Shown here: positions 9,538 through 17,927 of the stretch, piece after piece
Layout: each line of letters opens with the position of its first letter
Numbering within the stretch: the stretch's first letter is position 1
Assembly: GCA_903944895.1 (NCBI GenBank)
Contig: CAJATL010000021.1
Span: forward strand, 2,736-66,735
Direction of reading: 5' to 3'
Length of the DNA stretch: 64,000 bases
Source: an uncultured Bacteroidota bacterium
Lineage (GTDB): Bacteria > Bacteroidota > Bacteroidia > Bacteroidales > 4484-276
Notes under the pieces: model-generated
The model's input: only the letters and a program-made list of their open reading frames with translations
What the model was told of the DNA's origin: nothing
Databases searched by the model: none
Made by a program: the position numbers and the translations under genes

Positions 9538-9607
9538 AAATCTCAAATCATTAATCTCAAATCCTATCCCGATAGCTATCGGGACTAAATCCTAAATCTC
9601 AAATCTT
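9538..9607 (+). repeat. Heptad-periodic array (AAATCTC-type) enclosing an 18-nt perfect palindrome
   Basis: AAATCTC AAATCAT TAATCTC AAATCCT ATCCCGA TAGCTAT CGGGACT AAATCCT AAATCTC AAATCTT. The palindrome TCCCGATAGCTATCGGGA lies at 9567-9584. Confidence 0.9.
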
Positions 9608-9634
9608 ATCTTAAAAAAGGGACTTAAAATAGCG

Positions 9635-12600
9635 TTGTACTTCATTACCTTAGTGGTTTCCGTCCCTTTGGTGGCAATGCTTTTGCTACATAATCCCGAT
9701 GTTCAGAAAGTCGCTACCAAATTTGCAGCCGCGATTCTATCACGTCAGGTGGGTTCTGAAGTCTTGGTGGGAAGTGTGCACCTTTCGTTGCGAGGCGGTC
9801 TTTTACTGGAGGATTTGTTAGTAAAAGACAGCAAAGGCATTACCATGCTTAGCGTTAGAAAACTCGAAACCTGGCTGGGGCAGGTCAACTCGAGCGAAAA
9901 AATCATTAGACTTGGAATGCTCCGGATTGAAGGCCTCGAATTCGCATTGCGAAAATACAAGCTGGCAAATATGCTCAACCTTGACGATTTTCTTCAGCAT
10001 TTTGTTTCAGGACAGGTCGATACAACCATCGTTGCTGATAGCACAAAACCCTGGATTCTTGAGTTTTCAAGTCTTCAAATCCGGCAAAGCCATTTTGTTT
10101 ATGAAGACCAGGATTACAAAACTCCAGGCCCTGGCATCGATTTCAGCGATATCGAACTCAATAATTTAGATGTTGATATCGAAAATCTAAGCATCAACGG
10201 TGATACCATTTCGGGAAATGTTGAGAACATTTCATTTGTCGAAAAATCGGGATTTGTGTTGAAGGAGTTTTGTGGGAATATCCAATTTTATCCGAAAAGT
10301 ATCGCCGCGGAGAATTTGATGATCACCACCAACAACTCTAGCCTGGACCTCGATCTCGTTTTTAATTTTGATAGTTTCGACGATTTCAATGATTTTATCA
10401 ATAAAGTTACATTTGACGCAAAAATCCGGAATACAACACTGGAAATGAGTGATATAGGCTATTTTGCGCCTATCATGTTTACCATGACTGATTTGATTAA
10501 TATTGATGGTAATTTCAAAGGCACAGTTGCAAATATCAAAGGAAACGAATTTACCGCTGCTTTTGGTGATAACACCCGATTTGAAGGAACGGTCCGCATG
10601 AATGGTTTACCGGATATCACCGAAACTTTCATTCATGCCAACATTGTTAGTTTTACGACAAGTGATGCAGATCTCAGGAATTTTGCTTTGCCTGGTGATA
10701 GCAGCATGTTTTTGCCCATTCCTGATATCCTGGCAAAAATGGGTCTGATCAGCGTAAGCGGAAAATTTACCGGATTTTATAACGATTTTGTTTCGAGAGC
10801 CAGATTTGAAACCGCTCTTGGCAGGCTTAATACAGATATTACGCTCGTCAGGACCGGCGATAAGCGTGAACTTTCCTACTCAGGAAAACTTGATGGGAGT
10901 GACCTTGATGTTGGTAAACTCTTCAATCTGACCTCAACACTGGGAAAAGCAAGTTTTTCGATAAACGTTGATGGAGCCGGAGTTAAGCTTTCTACCCTCG
11001 ATCTTACAATGGCAGGCAATGTTTCAAGTATTGGAATAAATGGCTACAGTTACGAAAATGTGGTAGTTGACGGTGCACTTGCTAAGCAGGTTTTTAATGG
11101 CAATTTATCGGTGGCTGACGAAAACCTGGATTTTGGCTTTACTGGAATGGTTGATTTTAATAAAGAAACACCGGTCTTTAATTTCTATTCAAGAATAACC
11201 AATGCTGACCTTTTTAAGTTGAATTTATCCACCCGTGATTCCACCATGCGATTGTCAACGGTACTTCGTTTTGATTTTTCGGGCAATACACTGGATGAAC
11301 TGGATGGAAAAATCCAGATCGACAGTACTGTTTATGTCGAAAACAACAGGAAATATCAACTCGAAGCATTAACGCTAGAGAGCTTTCATGAGCCAGACGG
11401 GCAGAAATATCTGAGTCTGCATTCCGATTTCGTAGATGCCGAATTTGTCGGGAAGTTTAAATTCAGCTCATTGTTGTCTTCGGTAAAGCGTTTTGTGGGA
11501 AATTATTCCAAAGTGGTTGCTGCTGTGTTTCCGCCGGACGACCTCAGCATAGATAGGCAGGAGATAAGTTTTGCTGTTAGCCTTAAAGAAACGAGTCAGT
11601 TGACTGATTTGTTTATGCCTCAGCTTAAGGTCGCCAAAAATTCAAGGATTGAAGGTCTGTTCGATACAAAATCGAAAAATCTGAACATTGAAGGATTTTC
11701 TGATTTGGTGGAAGTTTCGGGTGTTGATTTTCAAAATTGCCGGATTGAAGCTAATTCAGGGGATACTGATTTTGACTTTTCGGTGTTCTCAAAACGTGTG
11801 ATGTTTGCTGATGCAAATCAGAATGATAGCCTGGGCATCGGCATCGACAGCCTTTTACTCGAAACAAGTCTGAGAACCGACTCGGTTTTTTACAGGTTGA
11901 GATGGAACGATTTGACTAATACTTCCACCAATACCGCCGATTTTCAAGGTTTTCTGCAACTGCAAAGTATGCATAAAATAAATTCGCGGCTAAGCAATGT
12001 TAATTTGATGGTTGATGGAAATAATTGGAGCGTAAAACCTGAAAACCTCCTGGTTGCCGATACGACAGGAATTTATTTTAAAGATTTTGTTTTTTATAGC
12101 GATAGTTCAAAATTCAGTGTTGCCGGTGGGGTTTCTAATAATTCTGCGGATAGTCTGAAACTTGGTTTTCACGATCTGGATATTTCACATCTCGATTTGC
12201 TGATTCCCGGCACCGACATCGATATTAACGGGTTTTTAAACGGAAATGCAACGTTTGTGAACCTCTACTCAAATCCTAATTTTTTGATAGATATTAAGAT
12301 AAATGATCTGTTTTTTAATGGCCAGGATTTTGGGGTTTTGAGGCTAAACACAAACTGGGACGATAATGCCGGAAGCCTGGGAGTAAATCTTGGTATCATC
12401 GATCAGGGAAATATAGGTTCGAGTGAGATCCTTACAGTCACAGGCGATTACATGCCATCAGATCATAATCAGAATTTTAATTTTGATGTAAAACTGAATA
12501 ATCTGAGCACCGATATTTTTAATCCTTTTGTGAGCGAGTTTGTGGATATTTCTAAAGAAAGCCTGGCAAGTGGCAAACTGAAATTTATTGGAACAAACGA

Positions 12601-14122
12601 AAAACCAGTCGCAATTGGCAGGATCAACCTGACCCGCACACAGGTTTTGGTGAAATATCTGAATGTTTACTATTCGGCAGGAGGTTCGGTTGAGATTGGT
12701 GAAAACTTCATTAATGTAAATGAGTTGAATGTTTTCGATACAAAAGGGCAATCGGCAACATGTACCGGTGAAATTTCACACGATTATTTTAGGGATTTTG
12801 CTTTTGATATTCAGGTAAGGCATGAAAATTTCAATGCTTTAAACACCACATCCAGGGACAATGAATTGTTTTATGGTACTGCTGTTGCAACAGGTACGCT
12901 TGATATTCAGGGGCCAATTGATGATATCAGGATGGATATTAAGGCCCGCACCGAAAAAGGGACGACCATCATCATCCCGATCAGCTCAACAATTTCTGTG
13001 AACGAAAACGACTTCATTATTTTTATCAATAATTCTGATACAACGATTTCATTAGACCAATCATTCAATCTGAATCTTAAAGGATTAACGATTAATTTGG
13101 ATATCCAGGCAACTCCAGATGCTGAAATTCAGTTGTTTTTGCCATACAACATGGGAAATATTAAAGGAAAAGGAAGTGGAGATTTGCGACTGGGAGTTAA
13201 TCCACAAGGCGATTTCACGATGACCGGCGACTATGTGATCAGTGAAGGCCAGTTTTTCTTTACACTCGAAAAGCTTATTGGCAGGGAATTCGAGATTGTC
13301 GAAGGTAGCAAGATTGCATGGACGGGCAGCCCTTATGATGCCACAGTAAAAATTAAAGCCATTCACCCGGTAAAAACAACGCTTAACGGTCTTCGGCTTC
13401 AAACAGATTCCACTTCAGTTTATGAAACGCGTGTTCTTGTGAAATGCATCATCGAACTTCAAAATGAACTTTTCAATCCGGATATAAAATTTTCGATTGA
13501 TTTTGCAAACGTTGCCGAAGATGTAAAACAAATCATTTATGCTTCACTTGATACCACCGACCAGTCGGTGATGAGTCAGCAGATGTTGTCGCTGCTGGTT
13601 TTGAACAGTTTCAGCTATTCCAGTAACAGCGCCAATATCGAATCGACCGGGTTTAAATTGTTATCCAAACAGTTGAGTGGCTGGCTATCAAAAATCAGTA
13701 AGGATTTTGATATTGGGATAAATTACCAGCCCGGTTCAAACATAACCCAGGAAGAACTTGAAGTCGCGCTTCAAACGCAGTTGTTCGACGACAGGCTTTC
13801 GATTGACGGGAACTTTGGTGTAAGAGGAACCACAACCGCTCAAAATACCAGCAGCGTGGTTGGCGACATTAATGTTGAATATAAAATTACCAACGATGGC
13901 CGCTTCAGAGTAAGAGCATTTAACCGGACCAACGATATCAGTTTCCTTGAAGACAATGCGCCTTACACACAGGGGGTCGGAGTTTTTTACAGGAAAGAGT
14001 TTGAGAAATTCGGTAAATTGTTGAAATCAGAAAAGAAACAGAAACGGAAAGAACAACGTAGGAAATCCAAAGAAGAAAAAGCTATCCTTCAGGAATCGGC
14101 CAAACGTGAAGACGACGAATAA
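9635..14122 (+). CDS. tamB: Translocation and assembly module protein TamB (DUF490 C-terminus)
   Basis: 1495 aa with an N-terminal TM helix (ITLVVSVPLVAMLLL), a long beta-rich body and a C-terminal segment IDGNFGVRG...VGDINVEYKITNDGRFRVRAFNR typical of TamB. The start is a TTG and its exact position is uncertain. Confidence 0.8.
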   Translation: MYFITLVVSVPLVAMLLLHNPDVQKVATKFAAAILSRQVGSEVLVGSVHLSLRGGLLLEDLLVKDSKGITMLSVRKLETWLGQVNSSEKIIRLGMLRIEGLEFALRKYKLANMLNLDDFLQHFVSGQVDTTIVADSTKPWILEFSSLQIRQSHFVYEDQDYKTPGPGIDFSDIELNNLDVDIENLSINGDTISGNVENISFVEKSGFVLKEFCGNIQFYPKSIAAENLMITTNNSSLDLDLVFNFDSFDDFNDFINKVTFDAKIRNTTLEMSDIGYFAPIMFTMTDLINIDGNFKGTVANIKGNEFTAAFGDNTRFEGTVRMNGLPDITETFIHANIVSFTTSDADLRNFALPGDSSMFLPIPDILAKMGLISVSGKFTGFYNDFVSRARFETALGRLNTDITLVRTGDKRELSYSGKLDGSDLDVGKLFNLTSTLGKASFSINVDGAGVKLSTLDLTMAGNVSSIGINGYSYENVVVDGALAKQVFNGNLSVADENLDFGFTGMVDFNKETPVFNFYSRITNADLFKLNLSTRDSTMRLSTVLRFDFSGNTLDELDGKIQIDSTVYVENNRKYQLEALTLESFHEPDGQKYLSLHSDFVDAEFVGKFKFSSLLSSVKRFVGNYSKVVAAVFPPDDLSIDRQEISFAVSLKETSQLTDLFMPQLKVAKNSRIEGLFDTKSKNLNIEGFSDLVEVSGVDFQNCRIEANSGDTDFDFSVFSKRVMFADANQNDSLGIGIDSLLLETSLRTDSVFYRLRWNDLTNTSTNTADFQGFLQLQSMHKINSRLSNVNLMVDGNNWSVKPENLLVADTTGIYFKDFVFYSDSSKFSVAGGVSNNSADSLKLGFHDLDISHLDLLIPGTDIDINGFLNGNATFVNLYSNPNFLIDIKINDLFFNGQDFGVLRLNTNWDDNAGSLGVNLGIIDQGNIGSSEILTVTGDYMPSDHNQNFNFDVKLNNLSTDIFNPFVSEFVDISKESLASGKLKFIGTNEKPVAIGRINLTRTQVLVKYLNVYYSAGGSVEIGENFINVNELNVFDTKGQSATCTGEISHDYFRDFAFDIQVRHENFNALNTTSRDNELFYGTAVATGTLDIQGPIDDIRMDIKARTEKGTTIIIPISSTISVNENDFIIFINNSDTTISLDQSFNLNLKGLTINLDIQATPDAEIQLFLPYNMGNIKGKGSGDLRLGVNPQGDFTMTGDYVISEGQFFFTLEKLIGREFEIVEGSKIAWTGSPYDATVKIKAIHPVKTTLNGLRLQTDSTSVYETRVLVKCIIELQNELFNPDIKFSIDFANVAEDVKQIIYASLDTTDQSVMSQQMLSLLVLNSFSYSSNSANIESTGFKLLSKQLSGWLSKISKDFDIGINYQPGSNITQEELEVALQTQLFDDRLSIDGNFGVRGTTTAQNTSSVVGDINVEYKITNDGRFRVRAFNRTNDISFLEDNAPYTQGVGVFYRKEFEKFGKLLKSEKKQKRKEQRRKSKEEKAILQESAKREDDE

Positions 14123-14263
14123 TTCAATTGCAACGAAGGCATTTTGTAATTCCGCTCTTTGATCAGAAAAGTTTCAAAGAATTTATTTCGGTTTCTTGCA
14201 AATTTACTTTGTAAAATCGTTTATGGGTTCATTCTATAAAGGAGCCATAAATTTTATTAATGT

Positions 14264-14351
14264 GGCTAAAGCCCTGAATATCACGTACATCAATTGCCCC
14301 GCCCTTAAGGGCGGGGCAATTGAAAATCAAACACTTACTGGGCTTTAGCCC
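14264..14351. repeat. Nested palindromic (REP-like) element between convergent genes
   Basis: GGCTAAAGCCC (14264-14274) ... 32-nt perfect palindrome CAATTGCCCCGCCCTTAAGGGCGGGGCAATTG (14291-14322) ... GGGCTTTAGCCC (14340-14351), which is the inverted copy of the first box. Confidence 0.85.
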
Positions 14352-14422
14352 AAAATTACAAGTTTTTAGACTGGTCTCATTTATGAAAACGACATTTTTT
14401 TTCAGTCGTTTGTTAAGCATGA

Positions 14423-15610
14423 TTAATCAATTCTCTTTCTCATTTTTCCCATCGCATCGGCAGCAATCATGGCATTCATAACACTTTCCGGAGTAATTTG
14501 TCCTGCCTCGTGATGAATGCTGTCCGCCGGATCGCAGGTTTTGGTGGCTGCTTTTATCAATTTTTCTTTACTGATTTCGGTAATGCCAATATCCGAAAAA
14601 GTGGTTGGCAAGCCTATTTCTTCACAAAATGAATATACAGTTTCCATCTCTTCCGGCGATGCATCAGTAAGATGAAGACCAGTCAATACGCCGAAGGCAA
14701 CTTTTTCGCCATGAAACATCGAATGGGTTTCTTCGAGCATCGTAAGTCCGTTGTGAACTGAATGTGCGGCAGCCAGCCCTGAACTTTCAAATCCGATTCC
14801 GCTTAACAGGATGTTTGCCTCGGTAATGTGATTTAAAGCTGGTGTGATAATATTATTTTCACAGGCAATTTTTGCGGCAGCTCCATATTTCAGAAGTGTG
14901 TCGTAGCAAAGCCTGGCGAGGTTTAAACCCGTCATGGTGCTGTATCCGCCACAGCAATTTTCTGATTTGGTTCGTTCGCAGGATCTTGCCTCGAACCAGG
15001 TTGCAAGCGCGTCGCCCATACCGGCAACCAGAAAGCGGGCAGGAGCGGAGGCAATTACATTCATATCGACGAGAACTACCTGCGGATTCATTTTCTGATA
15101 ATACACATAATCGAAAACTCCCTGTTCGGTGTAAATTACTGCGCAGCCGCTACAGGGTGCATCAGTAGAGGCGATGGTTGGTACGATAATCACGGGGATT
15201 CCGGCCCGGTCGGCGGCAATTTTGGCTGTGTCGATGGTTTTGCCGCCACCCATCCCCACGAGGATGTCGATCTTTTTGTGACTGATCATTTCAGAAATGC
15301 GATTCAACTCTTTTTCGCAGCACTCTCCCCGAAATTCTTCAATATTTATCCAATCCTCAGATTCGCCGAAATTGTATCCGGAAAGTATCTTGTTTTTTGC
15401 TGTGTGAGAAGCTAAGATAAGACCATTTTTCCCCAACAGCCTCACCAGCCCGGGTAATTCGGTAAGTGCATTTTCGCCCTGGATATACTTTCCCGGGAAA
15501 ACGGCTTTTAAGAGCCTGTTTTTTTTAATACCGGAGTTTCCGGGAATATTTGCCTTCAAATCCTGTTTGATATCAAGCGCTGATTTTGATGGTTGTAAAT
15601 TGTCGTTCAT
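14423..15610 (-). CDS. gldA: Glycerol dehydrogenase (iron-containing alcohol dehydrogenase family)
   Basis: 395 aa. GMGGGKTIDTAKIAADRAGIPVIIVPTIASTDAPCS plus His-rich metal-site motifs (AAHSVHNGL, HGEKVAFG). It has a ~30-aa N-terminal extension relative to typical GldA. Confidence 0.8.
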   Translation of the reverse strand: MNDNLQPSKSALDIKQDLKANIPGNSGIKKNRLLKAVFPGKYIQGENALTELPGLVRLLGKNGLILASHTAKNKILSGYNFGESEDWINIEEFRGECCEKELNRISEMISHKKIDILVGMGGGKTIDTAKIAADRAGIPVIIVPTIASTDAPCSGCAVIYTEQGVFDYVYYQKMNPQVVLVDMNVIASAPARFLVAGMGDALATWFEARSCERTKSENCCGGYSTMTGLNLARLCYDTLLKYGAAAKIACENNIITPALNHITEANILLSGIGFESSGLAAAHSVHNGLTMLEETHSMFHGEKVAFGVLTGLHLTDASPEEMETVYSFCEEIGLPTTFSDIGITEISKEKLIKAATKTCDPADSIHHEAGQITPESVMNAMIAADAMGKMRKRID

Positions 15611-15882
15611 GAAGTAATTATTTTTGATTTCTTAAAATTGATGTTTTTCTGTCAAAGATTACCTTAACCCTTGTTAATTTTCATTTCAATCACAAACATA
15701 CCCTTTTTTCTAAAGCCGGAAGGGGCTTTGTAACCGGAATGATTTTCTCATCGGATCATTTTTAGTATGATTGGCATCAGAAGAACCAGATTTTTTTTTG
15801 CCTTGCGCAGATAAATTCCTCAATACTTTTGTGGTTTATGAGTAAGGAAGTCAGACGGCTCAGCTAATCTTGATAATTCCAC

Positions 15883-15890
15883 TACTTTTG
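15883..15890 (+). promoter_or_regulatory. -7 promoter box TACTTTTG upstream of tsaD
   Basis: Matches TAnnTTTG, 40 nt upstream of ATG 15930. Confidence 0.4.
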
Positions 15891-15929
15891 CAGCGGCTTA
15901 AAAAGAATTCATTATTTAAAATTTATTTT

Positions 15930-16946
15930 ATGGCATTGATACTCGGGATCGAATCCTCTTGTGACGATACTTCGGCGGCAGTAATCGCCGATACCACAAT
16001 TTTGTCGAATGTGATAGCAAACCAGTTGGTTCATCAGAAATTTGGTGGCGTGGTTCCCGAACTGGCTTCCCGTGCCCATCAGCAAAATATTATCCCGGTC
16101 ATTCATGAAGCGCTCGAACTTGCCGGAGTCCGAAAACAAAACCTCGATGCCATTGCTTTTACCCGCGGTCCCGGTTTGATGGGGTCGCTTCTTGTGGGTT
16201 CATCTTTTGCCAAAGCCTTTGCCCTTGGGCTCAACATTCCGCTGATCGAGGTTAATCACATGCAGGCGCACATACTTGCTCACTTTATCCTGAAAAAGGG
16301 CGTTTTGGAGCGGGTTCCACGGTTTCCATTTTTGTGCCTCACGGTTTCGGGAGGACATACTCAGATTGTTTTGGTAAAAGATTATTTTGACATGGAAGTC
16401 GTGGGCAAAACCATCGATGATGCTGCCGGCGAAGCTTTTGATAAGGCTGCAAAAATTATGAGCCTGCCATATCCGGGAGGCCCTGTAATTGATAAACTTG
16501 CTGCTGCCGGAAATCCCGCAGCCTTCCATTTTCCGAAACCTCAGGTTGGTGGTTTTGACTATAGTTTTAGTGGTTTGAAGACTTCATTTCTGTACTTTTT
16601 GAGAGATCAGCTTAAAGCCAATCCAGATTTTATCGAAGAAAATAAATGCGATCTGAGTGCTTCAATCCAGGCGTCGATTGTCAGGATTTTGATGAAGAAA
16701 CTTAAACTAGCATCTAAAGAATTTGGCATATATCAGGTCGCCATTGCAGGTGGTGTTTCAGCAAATTCAGGTTTGCGGAAAGCGATGCAGGACGCCAGCA
16801 TCGAACTGGGTTGGGAAACGTTTATCCCGCCTTTCGAATTTACCACCGACAACGCTGCCATGATTGCAGTAACCGGGTATTTTAAATTCATCAAAAATCA
16901 GTTTACCGATCAAAGATCAGCTCCCTATGCACGCGGAGGAATATGA
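15930..16946 (+). CDS. tsaD: tRNA N6-adenosine threonylcarbamoyltransferase
   Basis: Start trimmed to MALILGIESSCDDTSAAV. Further motifs are NHMQAHI, SGGHTQ and AIAGGVSANSGLR. 338 aa. Confidence 0.93.
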   Translation: MALILGIESSCDDTSAAVIADTTILSNVIANQLVHQKFGGVVPELASRAHQQNIIPVIHEALELAGVRKQNLDAIAFTRGPGLMGSLLVGSSFAKAFALGLNIPLIEVNHMQAHILAHFILKKGVLERVPRFPFLCLTVSGGHTQIVLVKDYFDMEVVGKTIDDAAGEAFDKAAKIMSLPYPGGPVIDKLAAAGNPAAFHFPKPQVGGFDYSFSGLKTSFLYFLRDQLKANPDFIEENKCDLSASIQASIVRILMKKLKLASKEFGIYQVAIAGGVSANSGLRKAMQDASIELGWETFIPPFEFTTDNAAMIAVTGYFKFIKNQFTDQRSAPYARGGI

Positions 16947-16952
16947 GAATGA

Positions 16953-17057
16953 GGCGTAAGGCGAGAGGCGTAAGTCGGAAGTCAGGAGCTAGGAGTCGGA
17001 AGTCGGAAGTCAGGAGTCAGGAGCCGGAAGCCGGAAGACGGAAGTCAGGAATTGGAA
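16953..17057 (+). repeat. Heptad array, purine-rich arm (15 in-phase heptamers) starting 6 nt after the tsaD stop
   Basis: GGCGTAA GGCGAGA GGCGTAA GTCGGAA GTCAGGA GCTAGGA GTCGGAA GTCGGAA GTCAGGA GTCAGGA GCCGGAA GCCGGAA GACGGAA GTCAGGA ATTGGAA, with no phase slip. Confidence 0.92.
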
Positions 17058-17109
17058 GTTATATGTTGGGAGAGTTGGTAGTAATGTGGATAATTTATAA
17101 AAGTTTACA

Positions 17110-17290
17110 CTTCCAAACTGCCGACTGTCAACCGCCCACTGCCCACTGCCCACTGGAAACTGCTGACTTACGCCTTACGCCTTACTCCTGTCCAACTGTC
17201 CAACTGCCCATTGGCAACTGCCGATTTACGCCTTATGCCTTACGCCTTACGCCTGTCCAACTGTCCAACTGGCAACTGCCAACTGCCGAC
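17110..17290 (-). repeat. Heptad array in opposite polarity, abutting the archaemetzincin stop codon
   Basis: Read on the minus strand: GTCGGCA GTTGGCA GTTGCCA GTTGGACA GTTGGACA GGCGTAA GGCGTAA GGCATAA GGCGTAA ... GTGGGCA GTGGGCA GTGGGCG GTTGACA GTCGGCA. It uses the same vocabulary as the 47002-47150 array. Confidence 0.9.
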
Positions 17291-17839
17291 TTATTTCCCG
17301 GTGGTTTCGTGTTTCATTAGTTCTGCCTTGCAGGTATTGCAAAAATGATGGTTTTTTTGGTCAATATCCTCAACATAAGTACTCGACCTCATGACGCAGG
17401 TAGGGTTGGAGCAATGAATCAATCCAAAACTATGACCGAGTTCATGAATGATTTCTTTCCGAATACGGTCGACAAATATCTTCTCATCACTCTTTATTCC
17501 ATAACGTTCGTTGCGAAGCCTGTAGAGTGAGGCAATTCCTGAACGCCCGTTTAAAAAAGCCTGTCCGAAAATGTAGGTGAGAATGGGGATGAATAGATCA
17601 ACATCGAAAATCCCGAGTGTTTTGTCCTGATCCAAAGCAAAGGTGGCATCAATTTCCTTTAAAAGTTTGTTGGCATCGTATTGATTGCGGGCGGGATTGT
17701 AATACTCGCTCAAATCCAGGTGGCCTTCTTTAATTCTCACCGGAACCATAAATTCATGTTCAACTTCATGCAGCACCTTTTCAAGAAGATTTGTCTCGAA
17801 ATACCCAATCGAAATCAGCACAATATTTTCTACTTTCAT
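17291..17839 (-). CDS. Archaemetzincin-like zinc metallopeptidase (M54 family)
   Basis: 182 aa. HELGHSFGLIHCSNPTCVMRSS...HHFCNTCK fits the archaemetzincin signature HExxHxxGx3Cx4CxM...CxxC. Confidence 0.8.
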   Translation of the reverse strand: MKVENIVLISIGYFETNLLEKVLHEVEHEFMVPVRIKEGHLDLSEYYNPARNQYDANKLLKEIDATFALDQDKTLGIFDVDLFIPILTYIFGQAFLNGRSGIASLYRLRNERYGIKSDEKIFVDRIRKEIIHELGHSFGLIHCSNPTCVMRSSTYVEDIDQKNHHFCNTCKAELMKHETTGK

Positions 17840-17927
17840 GCGCAGCTATTTTTAACAGAAATCAGGCATTTCATCTTTAAATCCAGAATTTTTGGCTGTT
17901 TTATTAAGTATTCCTTTTTTTTAAAAG

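Noticed and set aside
9635-9637. TTG start codons of tamB, coaBC (43113) and recN (45344) as possible annotation problems or pseudogenes
   Set aside because: For coaBC and recN the N-terminal peptides encoded from the TTG (LKGKKILIGITGSIAAYK, LKHLSITNFALIENL) match the conserved family N-termini, and no in-frame ATG lies upstream. This is ordinary non-ATG initiation. Only the tamB start remains uncertain.
14223-14351. 42-aa ORF (MGSFYKGAINFINVAKALNITYINCPALKGGAIENQTLTGL) crossing the 32-nt palindrome
   Set aside because: The ORF exists only because of the palindromic element (ALKGGAI is the read-through of GCCCTTAAGGGCGGGGCAATT). It is short and has no start context.
16953-17290. Heptad arrays, the 47002-47150 array and the 21-bp repeat at 48267-48330 considered as CRISPR arrays
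   Set aside because: The repeat units are 7 or 21 nt with no unique spacers between them, and no cas genes are present. The structure is incompatible with CRISPR.
16943-17320. 125-aa ORF (MRMRRKARGVSRKSGARSRKSEVRSQE...LRLTPYALRLTP...) spanning the tsaD-amz intergenic region
   Set aside because: The translation is a low-complexity read-out of the heptad arrays (SRKSEV, LRLTPY periodicity). It overlaps the ends of two well-supported genes, and I see no ribosome-binding context or protein-like composition.
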